DNA from: Narcine bancroftii
Taxonomy: Eukaryota
Assembly (NCBI RefSeq): GCF_036971445.1
Contig: NC_091479.1
Coordinates: 7,254,001 to 7,318,000, forward strand
DNA: 64,000 nucleotides
Direction: 5' to 3'
How positions within the stretch are numbered: the first letter of the stretch is position 1; each line of letters opens with the position of its first letter. Both the position numbers and the translations under genes were made by a program. This document shows, piece after piece, positions 22,701-34,011 of this stretch. The notes beneath the pieces were generated by a model, which worked only from the letters and a program-made list of their open reading frames with translations, was not told the origin of the DNA and did not search any database.

Positions 22701-25700
22701 GGAACGAGAGAGGTTTCCTTTGTCTGATTCCTGCTGCCCCATCTGGGACTCAGAGGGGGTGACTGAAGGAAGGAATAAGCTTGAGTCAGGGCACTCGCTA
22801 GTGGTTGAGATGTTGACGGTCAGTTGTTGCTTCCACTTGGTGTGTGTCCCTTCTGCAGGATGACTGGAGCGGCAGATAGGAAGCTGTGGAGTGTTGCGGT
22901 GCTGGCAGTTACTCTCCTGTTCTACACGGTGGCTGTGATGGCATTTTCCCTGATGTTCAAATTCTACACCCACCCAGCAGGCTGTGGCCTCAACAAGGCG
23001 CTCCTGATCTTGAACCTCAGCCTCTGCTTCCTGGTGTCAGCGCTGTCCAGCACATCCTACGTTCAACAGAGTACGTTTCTCCAGCATCTTCCTCTGGTCC
23101 CAGCCCTCCTCACTGGTGTGACATCGTGCAAGATATTGATGTGATCCTTAAAGGGATCAAGGGTCTGGAGACCCATCGTTTGCAATTGGGGCAACTAGGT
23201 TGGAGCTGTTTGTTGGGAGCATCTTGGCAGAAGGCAGGGTCTGAGGAAGGGGAAGGCAGGCTCAGTGAAGGGGAGTGAAGTAGAATGTGTGAGGCTTTGG
23301 TGTGTTTGTGTAAGGGCAGGTGTAGACCCATGTGCTGTGTGCATAAATGTCTATATGTGTGTGAAAGGGTTGGGGTGTGTGTGAGGGTGGTGGATTTTTG
23401 CCTACTCCTCAAATTCTGATTGCACTTTAGCCCCACACTCCTGATCTACGGCCGCCCAGTTCGGGTGGTGGGGGGGGGGGGGGCGGACGTTCAGTGGATC
23501 TCCTTGTGAGGTTGTTGAAACTGGCCGTTCACAGGTCGAGGCGGCTGGCGATCAAGGGGGTGGGGTGACCTGACTGCCTGCCTGTCTTTTGGGGTTACAA
23601 CCTGGCTTGCCAGGACCATGCAGTGTCCGAGGGGAACAGTGGGTGAGTTCTGGGAAGGTGAGCCTCCCAGACGAGCGTGTGTGTGGTTAATGGTGAAAAT
23701 CACGTTTTAATTTGGTGTGATACTGTGTAATAAAGGGGTGGTTGTAATTTCTGCTTCTCATGGTGTTGTTGCACATGTTACGGTGGCTTTTGGTTTTAGT
23801 TGGAACTCCATCTGAGTTTTGTGTTTGTAATGTTGTAGTTTGAATAAAATTTGTCTGTTTTTATAAAAAAGATGGTGGACTGTGTGGTTCTACTGGTACA
23901 GTTTGTGTTTAGGGATCAGTGTTCACTGGTGGATGGGGTCTGTGGGGCTGTATTCTGTGTTTGAGCCCAGGTCTGTGTTTTGCATGTACAGCCCAGGACT
24001 GGGGCCTGCGTTTGGGCCCAGGTCTGTGTTTTGAATGCATAGCCAAGGGCAGGGGTCTGGGTTTGGGGCCCAGGTCTGTTATTTCCGTGCAAGACCTGGG
24101 ACTGGTATTTGTGTCAGGGACTGGTGCTAGGTTCTGCATATTGAGTCTAAGTCTGTGTTCTTCATGCATTGCCCTCGGCTGGGATCCGTGTTTGGGGCCT
24201 GGGCCTGCGTTCAGTATGCTGGACCAAGGCTGGGATGTAAAGAATTATGGGAAGGGGGAGGGGTTCTGCTGCAGTAAGTTGTCCAACAAAGATTTAATAT
24301 GTTAGGCAGTCCACAGCTGCAGAGTATGGTATGACTAGAATGGGATGGAAGTATTAAAACTAGAATGGGACAGGAGGATTAAGTAAGAGATAATAGTGTA
24401 TCGGAAAGTTGTTGGGTTGTAACTGTGAAGGACAAAAGTAGAAAAAACAATAGGTTTCCAATCGTGAAAAACATGTAAAACTACATGTAGCACCTGTCTA
24501 AAGGACGATATAAATTGTAAAAGGATCCTGTTACTTTGAGTGGGGCTCAGTGCAGAGAATGAATTGCATTGTTTACTCTGCCCCTCATTCCTTTGAGCAT
24601 AATACAATAAAGAAGTGATTGTATGCTCTTTGGTTCTGCTGTTGTTGGTTTTATTACTGTACAGGTTGACTTGAACAGGGAGTCTCTCCTGTGCTGGTCT
24701 CAGCCTTTTGTTTCTGGTTACAGAACAGCCTCACAGTGGCCTGTTGCAGCCTTCCATCATCAGCTGCTACGTGATGTACCTGACCTTCTCTGCCCTCTCC
24801 AGCCGGCCCCCTGAGACAGGTCAGTACACGGCAAGATCCCAGGGCACGGGATGGGTGGGTGGGTTGTGAGGTTAGAAGACTGCGACGGGACTTGATTCAA
24901 ACCTGCAAGATCTGGGTGGTGTTGAGGGGGTGGTGGGGAAAAGGATGTTACCTCCTGCAGGAGGGTCTTGAACTCGAGGTCACCCGTGTTCATCCAAGTG
25001 GAGGCAAAATGGGTTTTCTCAGGATTCCTGGTCTGTGGAACTTCGTGGGAGCACATAGAAGGCAGAAAACTACAGCACAGTACTGGCCCTTCAGCCCTTG
25101 ATGTGCCGACCTATATATTCCAACCAAAATAAAACTAAACTTTCCCTTCCCGTAACCCTCAAATTTTCTTCCATCCATGTGCCTGTCTTAAGAGTCTCTT
25201 AAATGCCCCTAATGTTTCAGTCTCCACCACGATCCCTGGTAAGGCATTCCAGGCCCCCACAACTCTCTTTGTTTAAAAAAAAACTTAACTCTGATGTCTC
25301 CCCTAAACTTCCTTCCCTTTACTTTGTACAGACGTCCTCTGGTGTTGGCTACTCCCGACCTGGGAAACAGGTGCTGGCTGCCCACCTGATCTACACCTCG
25401 CCTAATCTTGTAGACCTCTACTGTCTCCTCTCATCCTTCTATGCTCCCAATGTAGGATCCCAATATTCTTAATGTAGAGGGAGGCAGCTCTTTGAGAAGG
25501 AAGGGAGGGAAGGGGTGGGTGGAGATCATGTGATTTGCCTGAAAGCAGCAGGATGGAGGGGTTGAGTGGCCTCCTGCTGGCGAGACATAGCCCAGTAATC
25601 TGTACCACATTCTCAGGTTCTGCCTCTCCCTCAAAGAGTGCAGGTTAAGGTGAAGGGGAGATTGGGGATAAATAAGATAGAAATAGGAGAATAAGGAAAA

Positions 25701-28700
25701 TGTTGGATGTTGTAGGAATGTTGTCTTATAAAGAGTTGAAAATAAGAAAACAGAAATGGAAAAGGAGGAAAGGTAATGATGGAAAAACGGAAAGAGAAGA
25801 TAAACAAAATATAAAAGGGCTACGCTGAACTATATGACTTTAAATATTAATGGAATACATAACCAAATTAAAAGGAAGAAACTACTAAATTTAAATGAAT
25901 AAATGTATTCCATTAGAAAAAATAACATATAGGTTAAGAAATAATATTGAAATATTCGAACAAGTATAGGAGCCTTAGATTAAATACAATAGCGAAAACC
26001 TACCGGGGACAAACATTACCTAAGTTGATGGAAGGAGAAGGAAAGAAAAGAATGGACTCAGTAGAATTTCTGGTGTAATTTTGTTGAATGACAACATTGT
26101 CTGACTGGCCTAATGCAACCTAGATTGTATACCTAAAATGGATGAGAGGGGGGGGTGGGGGGGTGGCTTGGGAGGAGGGGGGGGGGGAGAAAAAGTCACT
26201 GTATATGTGTGAAAAAGAAATAGTGTATATCATGGCTAATGTGATTTATGGTGTGAAAAATAAAAATATAAAATTAAAAAAAAAAGAGTGCAGGCTAAAC
26301 AGTCACAGCGCCAGCGACTCAGGTTCGAATCCAACGCGGTCTCTTTGGAGTTTCCCCACGCTCTCCCCGTGTCTGCCTGGGCTTTTCCAGGCCTGGAACC
26401 ATGCAGTATGTCTAAATTAAAATGGGGAGGGAGACGGGGGGTAGGACAGTCAGCTGCTGGTCCATCAGAGGTGCCAGTTTCATGTGGGCGTCCTCACAGT
26501 GCAGTAGGTGTCAACCGATTTTCGATGCTTGAGTGAGTTTCCCTCTGGGTGGTGGTCCTGCTGTGGGAAGCGAGTGATGGTTTTTCTCATTCTCTCAGTG
26601 GAATATGAGGGGCAGAACATTTCCATCTGTTACCCGAGCGTTGGCGAGGATGGAAAACTGGCAGAGGGCAAGATGATCACGATCATTGGAGCAGCCTTCA
26701 TGTACTGCTGTGTTCTGTTTGCATGGTAAGTCAGGTCGTGGGGTGTCTGGGCCCTCGCCTCCCTGGATGGCTGGGGATCATGCGAGAGCAGGGCTGAAGG
26801 CGAGCGTGCAGGGGGTGCCACGCCGTTCCTCGCCGCTTCTCGGTCCTGCCACCTGTTCTGCCTGACGCTCTCTCCGTTCTCCCCAGCAACGAAGCCTCCT
26901 ACTTGGCCAAAGTCTTCGGGCCCTCCTGGATGCTGCGTGTTTACAGATACGAGTTCAAGGTCAGTGTCCCTCCCTTTGCCCCCAGCCCCTCCAGGAACCA
27001 CCTTGCCAACATCCTACTGCCCACTTCCATCAGAATTTATGGGTCACGAAATATGTCGCGTTGTGGCAGGGAAATTGCTAAAAATGCCATTTTTTACAAA
27101 AAATAAATCAATTTCAGTCGAAGTCCAGAAATCCGGACCACCCCGGAATCCGGACTTTGCAAAAGCAGTCAGGCAGTTTTAAATGCAGTGGCAACAAGAA
27201 ACTGTGCTCGTTGGTTTGATTTCTCTTTAAAAGTGCTTGTTTTGATCGGTGAAGGTGCTGCATTTACCTGCTCCTCTCCTCATTCCTCCTTCAATTTGAA
27301 TGTTAAAAGCACTGCCCGAGAATGCGGACCGACCCAATCCCCGAGCAGTCCGGATTTCAGGACTTGGACAGTAGATTGGCAGCCAGACACAAGCCCGCAT
27401 TGGCAGGAGGAATTGAAAATGTAGCAAGCGCAATGGAGTCAAATGGTGTAGACACTTCGGGTGCTCAGGAATGTTGCTCAACACAGAATCGGGATCGAAA
27501 TCCGGAGTTGCCTGAAGGTGACATGGTGGGAAGGAAGGTTAAGAACAAAACGCTGGAGAAGCTCTGCAGGGCCAACCGTGTCCTGTACATTTGCAATGTT
27601 CGGGGCTTGAGCACTTCATGAAGAAATGAATAAAATGTCATCAGGCGCACGAACAAAATAGTGGGGGTGGGGTGGGGACAGGGGGAGGAGCAGGTCCCAC
27701 AGGCAGGAGGTCATAGATGGATAAGGGAGGGAGGGCTCACCTGCAAACAGGGGGAGGGGTGGAGACCTGGAGGAAACGAGGCAGAGGGATGGGGAGGGGG
27801 GGAGAAGGCTGACAGAAACCGGAGAAGTTGGCGTTAATGCCGTCAGGTCGGAGAGGGCCCAGACGGAAAATCAGATGTTTTTATAGACATTTTAATTGGA
27901 CATTCTGCATGGTAACGGGCTATTTCGGCCCACGAGTCCATGCTGCCCAATTACACTCAATTAACCTGGTATGTTCTGAAGGGTGGGAGGAAACCAGAGC
28001 CCCCGGGAAAACCCACACAAACTCCTTACAGAGAGCGCGGGATTCGAACCCCAGACCCGATCACTGGCCCTGTCGCTCCTCCAATTCACGGGTGGTCTTG
28101 GCTTGAGGTGACACTACAAAAGGCCGTGGACAGACATGTCAGTGTGGGAATGGGGCGCAGAACTGAAATAGTTGGCCACAGGGAGGTCCCTGTCACTGGT
28201 GCGGACAAAGTGAAGCGATCTCCCAGCCTGTGCCCAGCCTCTCTGATGTAGAGAAGGCCACAATGGGAGCACAGGAGGCAGCAGATTAATCCAATTTCGA
28301 GGCTTGAAGCACAGGTCAGGGTGCAGAATCTAAAAGTTGGGAGGAGATAATACACGACACCTATTCCTCACCTCCACTCCTGATGACGTGGAATATTTGA
28401 ATTTTTGGATGTTTCTCTCCTCTTCCCCCTTCCCGCTGCTCTGGTTGAATTCCCACACCCCGCCTTCCCATGACTGACTCCTGGCTTCCCACCCTCTCAC
28501 TCTGAATTCTTCCATTCCAGAAAGCTTCCTGCACTTTCTGCTGCCTCGATGAGGAAGGTGAGTGAATTCTTTTTCTCCCAAAATTCACCCTAATATATTG
28601 ACTCCCCAGGGTACAGACCCTGAGGGGGTGACTCTCCCAGGATTCATCAGAACATAAGAAACAGGAGCAGGAGTCGGCCATCCAGCCCATCGAGCCTGTT

Positions 28701-30618
28701 CCGCCATTCAATGAGATCATGGCTGATCTGATGATGGGCTCATCCCCACCTACCTGCCTTTTACCCACATCCCTTAATTCCCCTATTATGTAAAAATCTA
28801 TCCAACCTTGTCTTAAAAATATTTACTGAGGTCACTTCCACTGCTTCACTGCGGCAAATTCCACAGATTCCCTACCCTCTGGGAAAAGCAGTTCCTCCTC
28901 ATCTCCGTCCTAAATCTACCCCCTGGATCTTGAGGCTATGTCCCCTAGTTGCGGTCTCTCCTGCCAATAGTTCAGCCCCTGAATGTACTCACTCTTCCTA
29001 GGGTACAATCCCTGACAGGACGACTCTCCCCAGGGTACAGATCCTGACAGGACGGATCTCCCCAATGCTAAATCCTTGTACCTGTAAGATGGATTTAATT
29101 GGAGGAGTGGTGCTTGGTTTCATGCTGGGGTGGTGGAGGGGATTGTTCCCCAGGTCGACAGGTGGGAGTGAATAAATTTGTTCCCTTATGTCCTTGGTGG
29201 GTTGTCCATGGGCTGAGTGAGCAGAGGTCACTCAGGAGGTGGAGACGGCCGGCGGCCAGGCAGTGATCCACAACGAGCGGGAGCATGTCTGCTACAGCTA
29301 CTCCTCCTTCCACTTTGTCTTCTTCTTGGCCTCGCTTTATGTCATGATGACCCTGACCAACTGGTTCAAGTAAGTGATGTCTCAGAGTCCTCTCCCCATG
29401 CAGTGTCAGGGGCTGGGTCACCCTCCGATCAGACCTGGGAAGGGCCAGCACCATTGCTGGTGAGATGGGTTGTACAACAGTCTGCCTGCTGGGCTGAGCC
29501 AAAGATTTTACGCATAGTTCCAGGCCCATGTTTAATTGCTGGGCAACTAGTCATCAACTGTCTTGTGGGGAGAGCCACATCTGGCCTCAGCACTTCTCTC
29601 CCCAGTACAGTGTTTCTGGGTGCACTGTTTGTCTGAGGTCACTGGAGTGTGTGAGTGTGTTTCTATGCACACATGAGGCCGTTTCTGTGTGTGTTTGTGA
29701 GAGAGAGAGAGATCTGAGTTCGGGCACTGTACCGAGGATACCTCAGCTTCCTCAGAGGAGTCAGGGAGCATTCCTGCCTGCTCCTGTACCTGCCTGGATT
29801 GTAGCCCCTCTGGATGGGGAGGGCAGTGAGAGAAGGAGCTGCTGTTTCAAAGATCAAACCCCCTACTGGTCAGGGGGTGTGCTGAAGAGAAACGGGCAAA
29901 GCCACATTTGATCCCTTGAAGTTAGTTGATCCATCGCCTTGTGGTGTCAGGGACAGGAACTTCCCCCTGCCCACACTGGGAATCCATGACCAACTCATAG
30001 GGACAGGGGTCAAGGGAAGGGTGCAGCTGAAGCACAGGCATGGAGTGATGGGCTGAATAGCCTCATTTATTCTGTGGACAATGCACATTAGTGGGGGAAG
30101 CAGGGGATGTTGCTGGGTCACAGACCCACACAACTGCGATGCAGGAACCTCAGCTATAGAGGAGCTGAAGCTTCTAGTTGAGTGTCCCTGATCTGCTCAA
30201 CAATGGGCTTGTCTCAGTGCAACTGTATTATCTCTCTACCCCCCCTCTACCCCCCTCTCTACCCACTCTACCCCCTCCTCTACCCCCCCCACCCCCTCTC
30301 TTTAACCCCTCTCCATCCCCTCTCTCTCCCACACTTTTCCTCTCTACCCCATCTCTCTCTCTCCACCGCTTTTTCTGTCTCTCCTTTTTTCTACCCACCT
30401 TTCTCTCCCTCTGCCTCTCACACTCCTCTTTCCCCTCTCTCCCTGGCTCCAGCTACGAGTCGGCCACGCTAGAGACGGTCTTTTCCCAGGGGAGTTGGTC
30501 TACGTTCTGGGTGAAGTGCTGTTCCTGCTGGCTGTGCCTGTTCTTGTATCTTCTCATCCTTCTGTCTCCCCCGTGCTGCCTGTCCAGTGAGAGGCGCCGT
30601 GTGGTTCAAGCAGATTAG
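16753..30618 (+). CDS. SERINC4: Serine incorporator 4 (TMS/TDE family), 467 aa; join(16753..16779,18075..18242,19372..19550,20405..20484,21550..21643,22859..23070,24724..24819,26599..26725,26887..26959,28521..28557,29225..29369,30453..30618)
   Basis: [79 protein letters not shown]...YEF (SERINC4-type), [29 protein letters not shown]; 1404-nt open frame with consistent phases; adjacent to HYPK/MFAP1. Confidence 0.92.
17135..17530. repeat. Minisatellite, ~33-bp unit (cacccc[c/t]tcagggacggtaccccggggagggt)
   Basis: About 12 degenerate tandem copies. Confidence 0.9.
18075..18242 (+). CDS. SERINC4: SERINC4 exon 2
   Basis: gccag|ATCTGC ... GAGAGA|gtgagt; [14 protein letters not shown]...RLMYTFYHI. 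Confidence 0.92.
18365..19030 (-). mobile_element. Rex1/Babar-type LINE 3' part
   Basis: [36 protein letters not shown]...[16 protein letters not shown]; same family as 680-2832. Confidence 0.85.
19372..19550 (+). CDS. SERINC4: SERINC4 exon 3
   Basis: tttag|GTGCCT ... AATGG|gtaatg; [20 protein letters not shown]...RALIHNG. Confidence 0.93.
19642..20372. repeat. Minisatellite, 76-bp unit, about 9.5 copies
   Basis: gccctgtcccagtgcccgtgttgctctgttccagggggtcactgtgtctgcgttgctcgatcccacgtcttgcatt repeated; ORF-track starts recur every 76 nt. Confidence 0.95.
20405..20484 (+). CDS. SERINC4: SERINC4 exon 4
   Basis: cgcag|GTTTTGG ... CATG|gtgagc; [26 protein letters not shown]. Confidence 0.92.
20822..21525. 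repeat. Minisatellite: homogeneous 16-bp core (gcccgtgtggacctgt) flanked by degenerate related units
   Basis: About 16 near-perfect 16-mers at 20878-21136, then variable gtcaccgcgtggatctgtggccgtgcccggt units. Confidence 0.95.
21550..21643 (+). CDS. SERINC4: SERINC4 exon 5
   Basis: tgcag|TTTGGCGA ... AACTG|gtgagt; [31 protein letters not shown]. Confidence 0.92.
22267..22655 (-). mobile_element. CR1-type LINE 3' end
   Basis: [13 protein letters not shown]...RTRGHCLKI...RRNCF; [12 protein letters not shown]...FKTRLDRFL. Confidence 0.85.
22859..23070 (+). CDS. SERINC4: SERINC4 exon 6
   Basis: tgcag|GATGACT ... CAGA|gtacgt; [10 protein letters not shown]...[22 protein letters not shown]. Confidence 0.93.
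24724..24819 (+). CDS. SERINC4: SERINC4 exon 7
   Basis: tacag|AACAGCC ... GACAG|gtcagt; [31 protein letters not shown]. Confidence 0.93.
25649..26282 (+). mobile_element. Internally deleted L1 (inter-ORF spacer + ORF2 start fused to ORF2 end + 3'UTR + polyA) with 16-bp TSD
   Basis: [23 protein letters not shown] directly followed by [15 protein letters not shown]...FEQV*EP; G-rich 3'UTR, AATAAA, A-tail; TSD aaagagtgcagg[t/c]taa at 25633-25648 and 26283-26298. Confidence 0.8.
26599..26725 (+). CDS. SERINC4: SERINC4 exon 8
   Basis: ctcag|TGGAAT ... GCATG|gtaagt; [12 protein letters not shown]...[14 protein letters not shown]; N-glycosylation sequon NIS. Confidence 0.92.
26887..26959 (+). CDS. 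SERINC4: SERINC4 exon 9
   Basis: cccag|CAACGAA ... TTCAAG|gtcagt; [24 protein letters not shown]. Confidence 0.92.
27115..27371. mobile_element. MITE with ~24-bp terminal inverted repeats (Tc1/mariner-pogo-like)
   Basis: Left cagtcgaagtccagaaatccggac vs reverse complement of right end ctgtccaagtcctgaaatccggac (21/24); TA on right flank. Confidence 0.65.
27535..28290 (-). mobile_element. Penelope-like fragment interrupted by a V-SINE (~27875-28070)
   Basis: Minus strand [17 protein letters not shown] (GIY-YIG); purine tract mirrors 8280-8460; V-core gtgggaggaaacc at ~27983. Confidence 0.6.
28521..28557 (+). CDS. SERINC4: SERINC4 exon 10 (37-nt micro-exon)
   Basis: tccag|AAAGCT ... GGAAG|gtgagt; [12 protein letters not shown], resembling human KPSLCFCC. 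Confidence 0.85.
28648..28965 (-). mobile_element. CR1-type LINE 3' end, same family as 22267-22655
   Basis: High similarity to 22267-22580 (aggagcaggagtcggcc...ttcaatgagatcatggctgatc...cctcctcatctc). Confidence 0.85.
29225..29369 (+). CDS. SERINC4: SERINC4 exon 11
   Basis: agcag|AGGTCACT ... TTCAA|gtaagt; [35 protein letters not shown]; acceptor has a weak pyrimidine tract. Confidence 0.88.
30453..30618 (+). CDS. SERINC4: SERINC4 exon 12 (last coding)
   Basis: tccag|CTACGAG ... GAT TAG; [39 protein letters not shown]. Confidence 0.92.
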
Positions 30619-30700
30619 CCATCTCCTCTCCCACCACCAGCGACTGAGCAGTCCCCAGTTTGGACCCAGCAACTGGTCTGGGTGGGCAGATTGTGACCAG

Positions 30701-31140
30701 GTGAGGGGCTGGGGCTAGGGGTGACAATGAGGGGATCACGGTGTCATTGAGGGGGTGAGAGTGTATGAGAGGATGGGGGGGTAAGGTTGAGACTGAATCT
30801 GAGGACAAAGGTATAGGGGTGGGTGTATGAGGACAAGGGATAAGTGGGTAAGTGTTGGGGTGAAGGAGAGAGGTTAACGTGACTGTTGGGGTGGGTCAGG
30901 GTGAGAGGCGTGTGGGTCACGGGTGTGTGAGGGGGTGTGGGCAAGGAGGTTGAGGTTGTGTGTGTGGGGTTTGGGGGTGTGGGTTGGGTGTGGGGTGAGG
31001 AGATGGGGGGTGTATGTGTGGTGTTTGAGGGTAAGGGGGTGAGGGTTGGGGTGTGTGATGGGTGTGAGTGGGGGGGATGTGGGGTGAGGGTAAGGAGGTG
31101 GGGGGTGTGTGTGGGGGTGAGGATTAGTGGGTGAGTGTGA
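30701..31140. repeat. G/T-rich low-complexity tract
   Basis: Runs of gggtgtg/ggggtgagg; almost no C on the + strand. Confidence 0.85.
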
Positions 31141-31572
31141 GGAGACAGCCCCAACCCTGGCCAGCTGCAGCAATTGCTTGAAGAGCCCTTTGACCTCGGT
31201 TGGAGTTACTTGTGGGACCTGTAGGAAACCTCAGATCGCCCCAGGCTGCAGGTGAAGAGGAGAGAGCCCTGTGGTGGCCTGGGGCCGAGAGACACCTCCC
31301 ATCAGAGACGTGCTTCCAGCTTGGCCTTTCCTGACTCTGAACCCACGCGTCTCCTCCAGACAGTGGACGGACAGAAAGTCCACTCTAGAAGGAAATCCGA
31401 TTCGCTCACAGAGCGATGTGTGACTTGATCTTCCTTTGGTTCTGAGACCGGAAGGTTTAATGCTCTGTGTTGTTGGGAAGAGGCAGGAACTGTGATAATT
31501 ACATCAGGTATGGCCACACATCTGGAGGTCTCACAGCTCCCACTCTGGATATGGACAAGCTCTGTTATGACC

Positions 31573-31578
31573 AATAAA
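31573..31578 (+). terminator. Candidate polyadenylation signal of SERINC4
   Basis: First AATAAA I found after the stop, followed by GU-rich tgtgttcgttggtg. Confidence 0.55.
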
Positions 31579-32014
31579 GTAGTTGCACTTATCTGTGTTC
31601 GTTGGTGCTGAGTTACTGGCCCGTCACAGAGTTTGTTCTCCAGATGCCAAGCAGCAAATCAACTTTGCACTCTCCCTCATATCACTCACTTGGACAAATT
31701 CCAGCCAATGGCCGCTGAGCACCCTGGTCATTGAATGCACCGCAGAAATGTCCAGCGAGACAGCATTCACAGTGCCAGTGAGCCATCTGGTTCTCCATGG
31801 GGTGGAGGAGGACATCGGGGAATCTCACTCTGGGTCCACTCCCAGTCGGGACTCTGCCCTGAGGGGGCCAGGAGCCGAGGACGTGCTGCTCTGGGGAGAG
31901 TCAGTGAAGGAATGCTCAATAAAAGTCCAGCATCCCGGAAATAATCAGGGGCAGAATCGGAGCCGCCAGAAAAAGGAATCTCAGGGTTGCATGTGATGCC
32001 ATGTATGCTCTCTG

Positions 32015-32520
32015 ACAATAAATGTTATTGTCAGGAACATCTCATGAAATTCGTTGTTTTGCGGCAGAAACACAGGCAAATATTTGTATAAATCACCTTA
32101 CAAAATAAATAAAAATAGTGCAAGAAAAAGTCAAAGTGAGGCAGTGTCCGTGATTCATTGTCAATTCAGGAATCTGATGGCTGATGGGAGAGGGGAAGAA
32201 GCCGTCCTTGTCCTGCTGGGTGCTCGTCTTCAGGCTCCTGTTACCATTTTCCCGATGGTAGCAGAGTGAAGAGGGCATGGCCTGGGTGGTGGGGATAGAG
32301 GCTGCTTTCTTAAGGCACCGCCTCTTGTTGATGAACTCAATGGTGTGAAGTCTGGTGCCAGTGATGTCGCAGGCCGAGTTAACATCCCTCTGGAGTTTTT
32401 TCTTGTCCTGAGTGTTGGCTCCTCTGCACCAGGCAGTGATGCAACCAGCCAGAATGCTCTCCACGGTAGACATGTAGAAGTTTTCGAGGATCTTCGGTGA
32501 CCTCCTGAATCCCCTCAAAT
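32015..32520 (-). mobile_element. Rex1/Babar-type LINE 3' part
   Basis: LRGFRRSPKILENFYMSTVESILAGCITAW...RRCLKKAASI. Confidence 0.82.
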
Positions 32521-33910
32521 TCCTCGCATCTGTGCATCTATGGGAAGAGAAATAAGTCACAAACCCAGGAAGGAATAAAGGACATTGTTCAGCTGCAGGA
32601 AAGCTGGAAGTCTTTGATCAGATAGAACTCCAAGAAGCATGGAGATAATGGGCATCAAGGTGATCTGGTCAATGAGTGAATGAAGTGAAACACGAACATA
32701 TGCAGACACTGTGATTGCAGTAAAAACACACAGAAGCTGCTGGAGGAGCTCAGGGGGTCTTGCAGCTTCCAGAGGCATATCTACAGAAAATAGTGCCAAG
32801 GGCAAGCTCTGAAATTACCCCCTGTCCAAACATCTAACACCCAGCTTTTAAATAACTCTACCATAATATCAGCTCAAAAATACGTTAATCTTTGAATTAA
32901 CAAATTTTGCTTCTGCATGAAAATTCTAACTGCACCTTTCTTGCTTTCACTGATACAAATTGATCTGTGGTGTGATCAAAGTCCACTTTTTAGTTTCTTT
33001 CTGAACTCAGCAGAGCAGGATCACTGAGTTCACCTTGACCACGGATGCTCTCAAATATGGAAGTATTCACTTTTTGATGAATGATCTCTCACAGCTGGCG
33101 ATGGAAACGGCCATGGTTAGCATTATCTGAAAATTGGGAAAGATGCTCTGATCTCCTTTCTGAACAATAAATTCAAGTCTTGTTATTTTCATGTTGGCTT
33201 GGCTTCATAGTAACATTCTGCAATCCAAAGCTTCTTCCTACAGCCGCTGTCCATCCACATCACACTGCACAATTGGCTAAATTTTCGCACTTCATTCGGT
33301 CAGCGTCATTACACAGTCCCTCGATATCGAGAAGGAACCCAACTTCTTTTTTCACTATCCGAGGATGGGCTTGTCTGACTTTAATAGAAACTGCCTGCTG
33401 TACCTTAGATACGCCACTGGTAGCGTCCATAGGAGGTAATGATTTATTACTGATGTTTCGGGCCTGAGGAATAAGCAAAGAACAGGAAGGCGTCAGAATA
33501 AAGGCTGGGGAAGGAGTCCAGACCAACAAAAGGTGTTCCTTGGATATGATAAGAGGAGAGGTGAGAATTGATTGTGGCTCTTTGAAAGGAGACAGAGGAA
33601 AATGGGAAGAGAGAGAGAGAGAGACTGAGCTGGGGGAAAGGAGATGGGGAAGGAGAAAGGGATGGGGGTTTAATGGAAATCAGAGTTGATGTTAATGCCA
33701 TCTGGTTGGAGGATGCCCAGACAGAAGATGAGTTTTGAGATTAGTAAGGGATTGCTGAAGGTGGGATGTGAGTGGGAAGGGAAGGTTGAGAATCACTGCT
33801 CTGGACCCAATTGTTACTGAAATATTTGGCTTGAGAAAAATTGTCATTGGCCCATTTCCTTTGGAGTTCTGAAACCGTGCACATAACGAGTCAATGAGGT
33901 ACAATTAAAA

Positions 33911-34011
33911 CAATGGTTTTCAGAATGTTTCATTCCACCCACAGAACACCTATGCCATAGGGATTACTTAAAATGATATGTGAGTGGAAAGGAAAAGGTT
34001 GAGAACCACTG
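33911..34011. mobile_element. Short hAT-like MITE (terminus cagtggttctcaacc); a related half at ~33735-33800
   Basis: aaggttgagaaccactg terminus; similar to 57143-57289. Confidence 0.5.
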
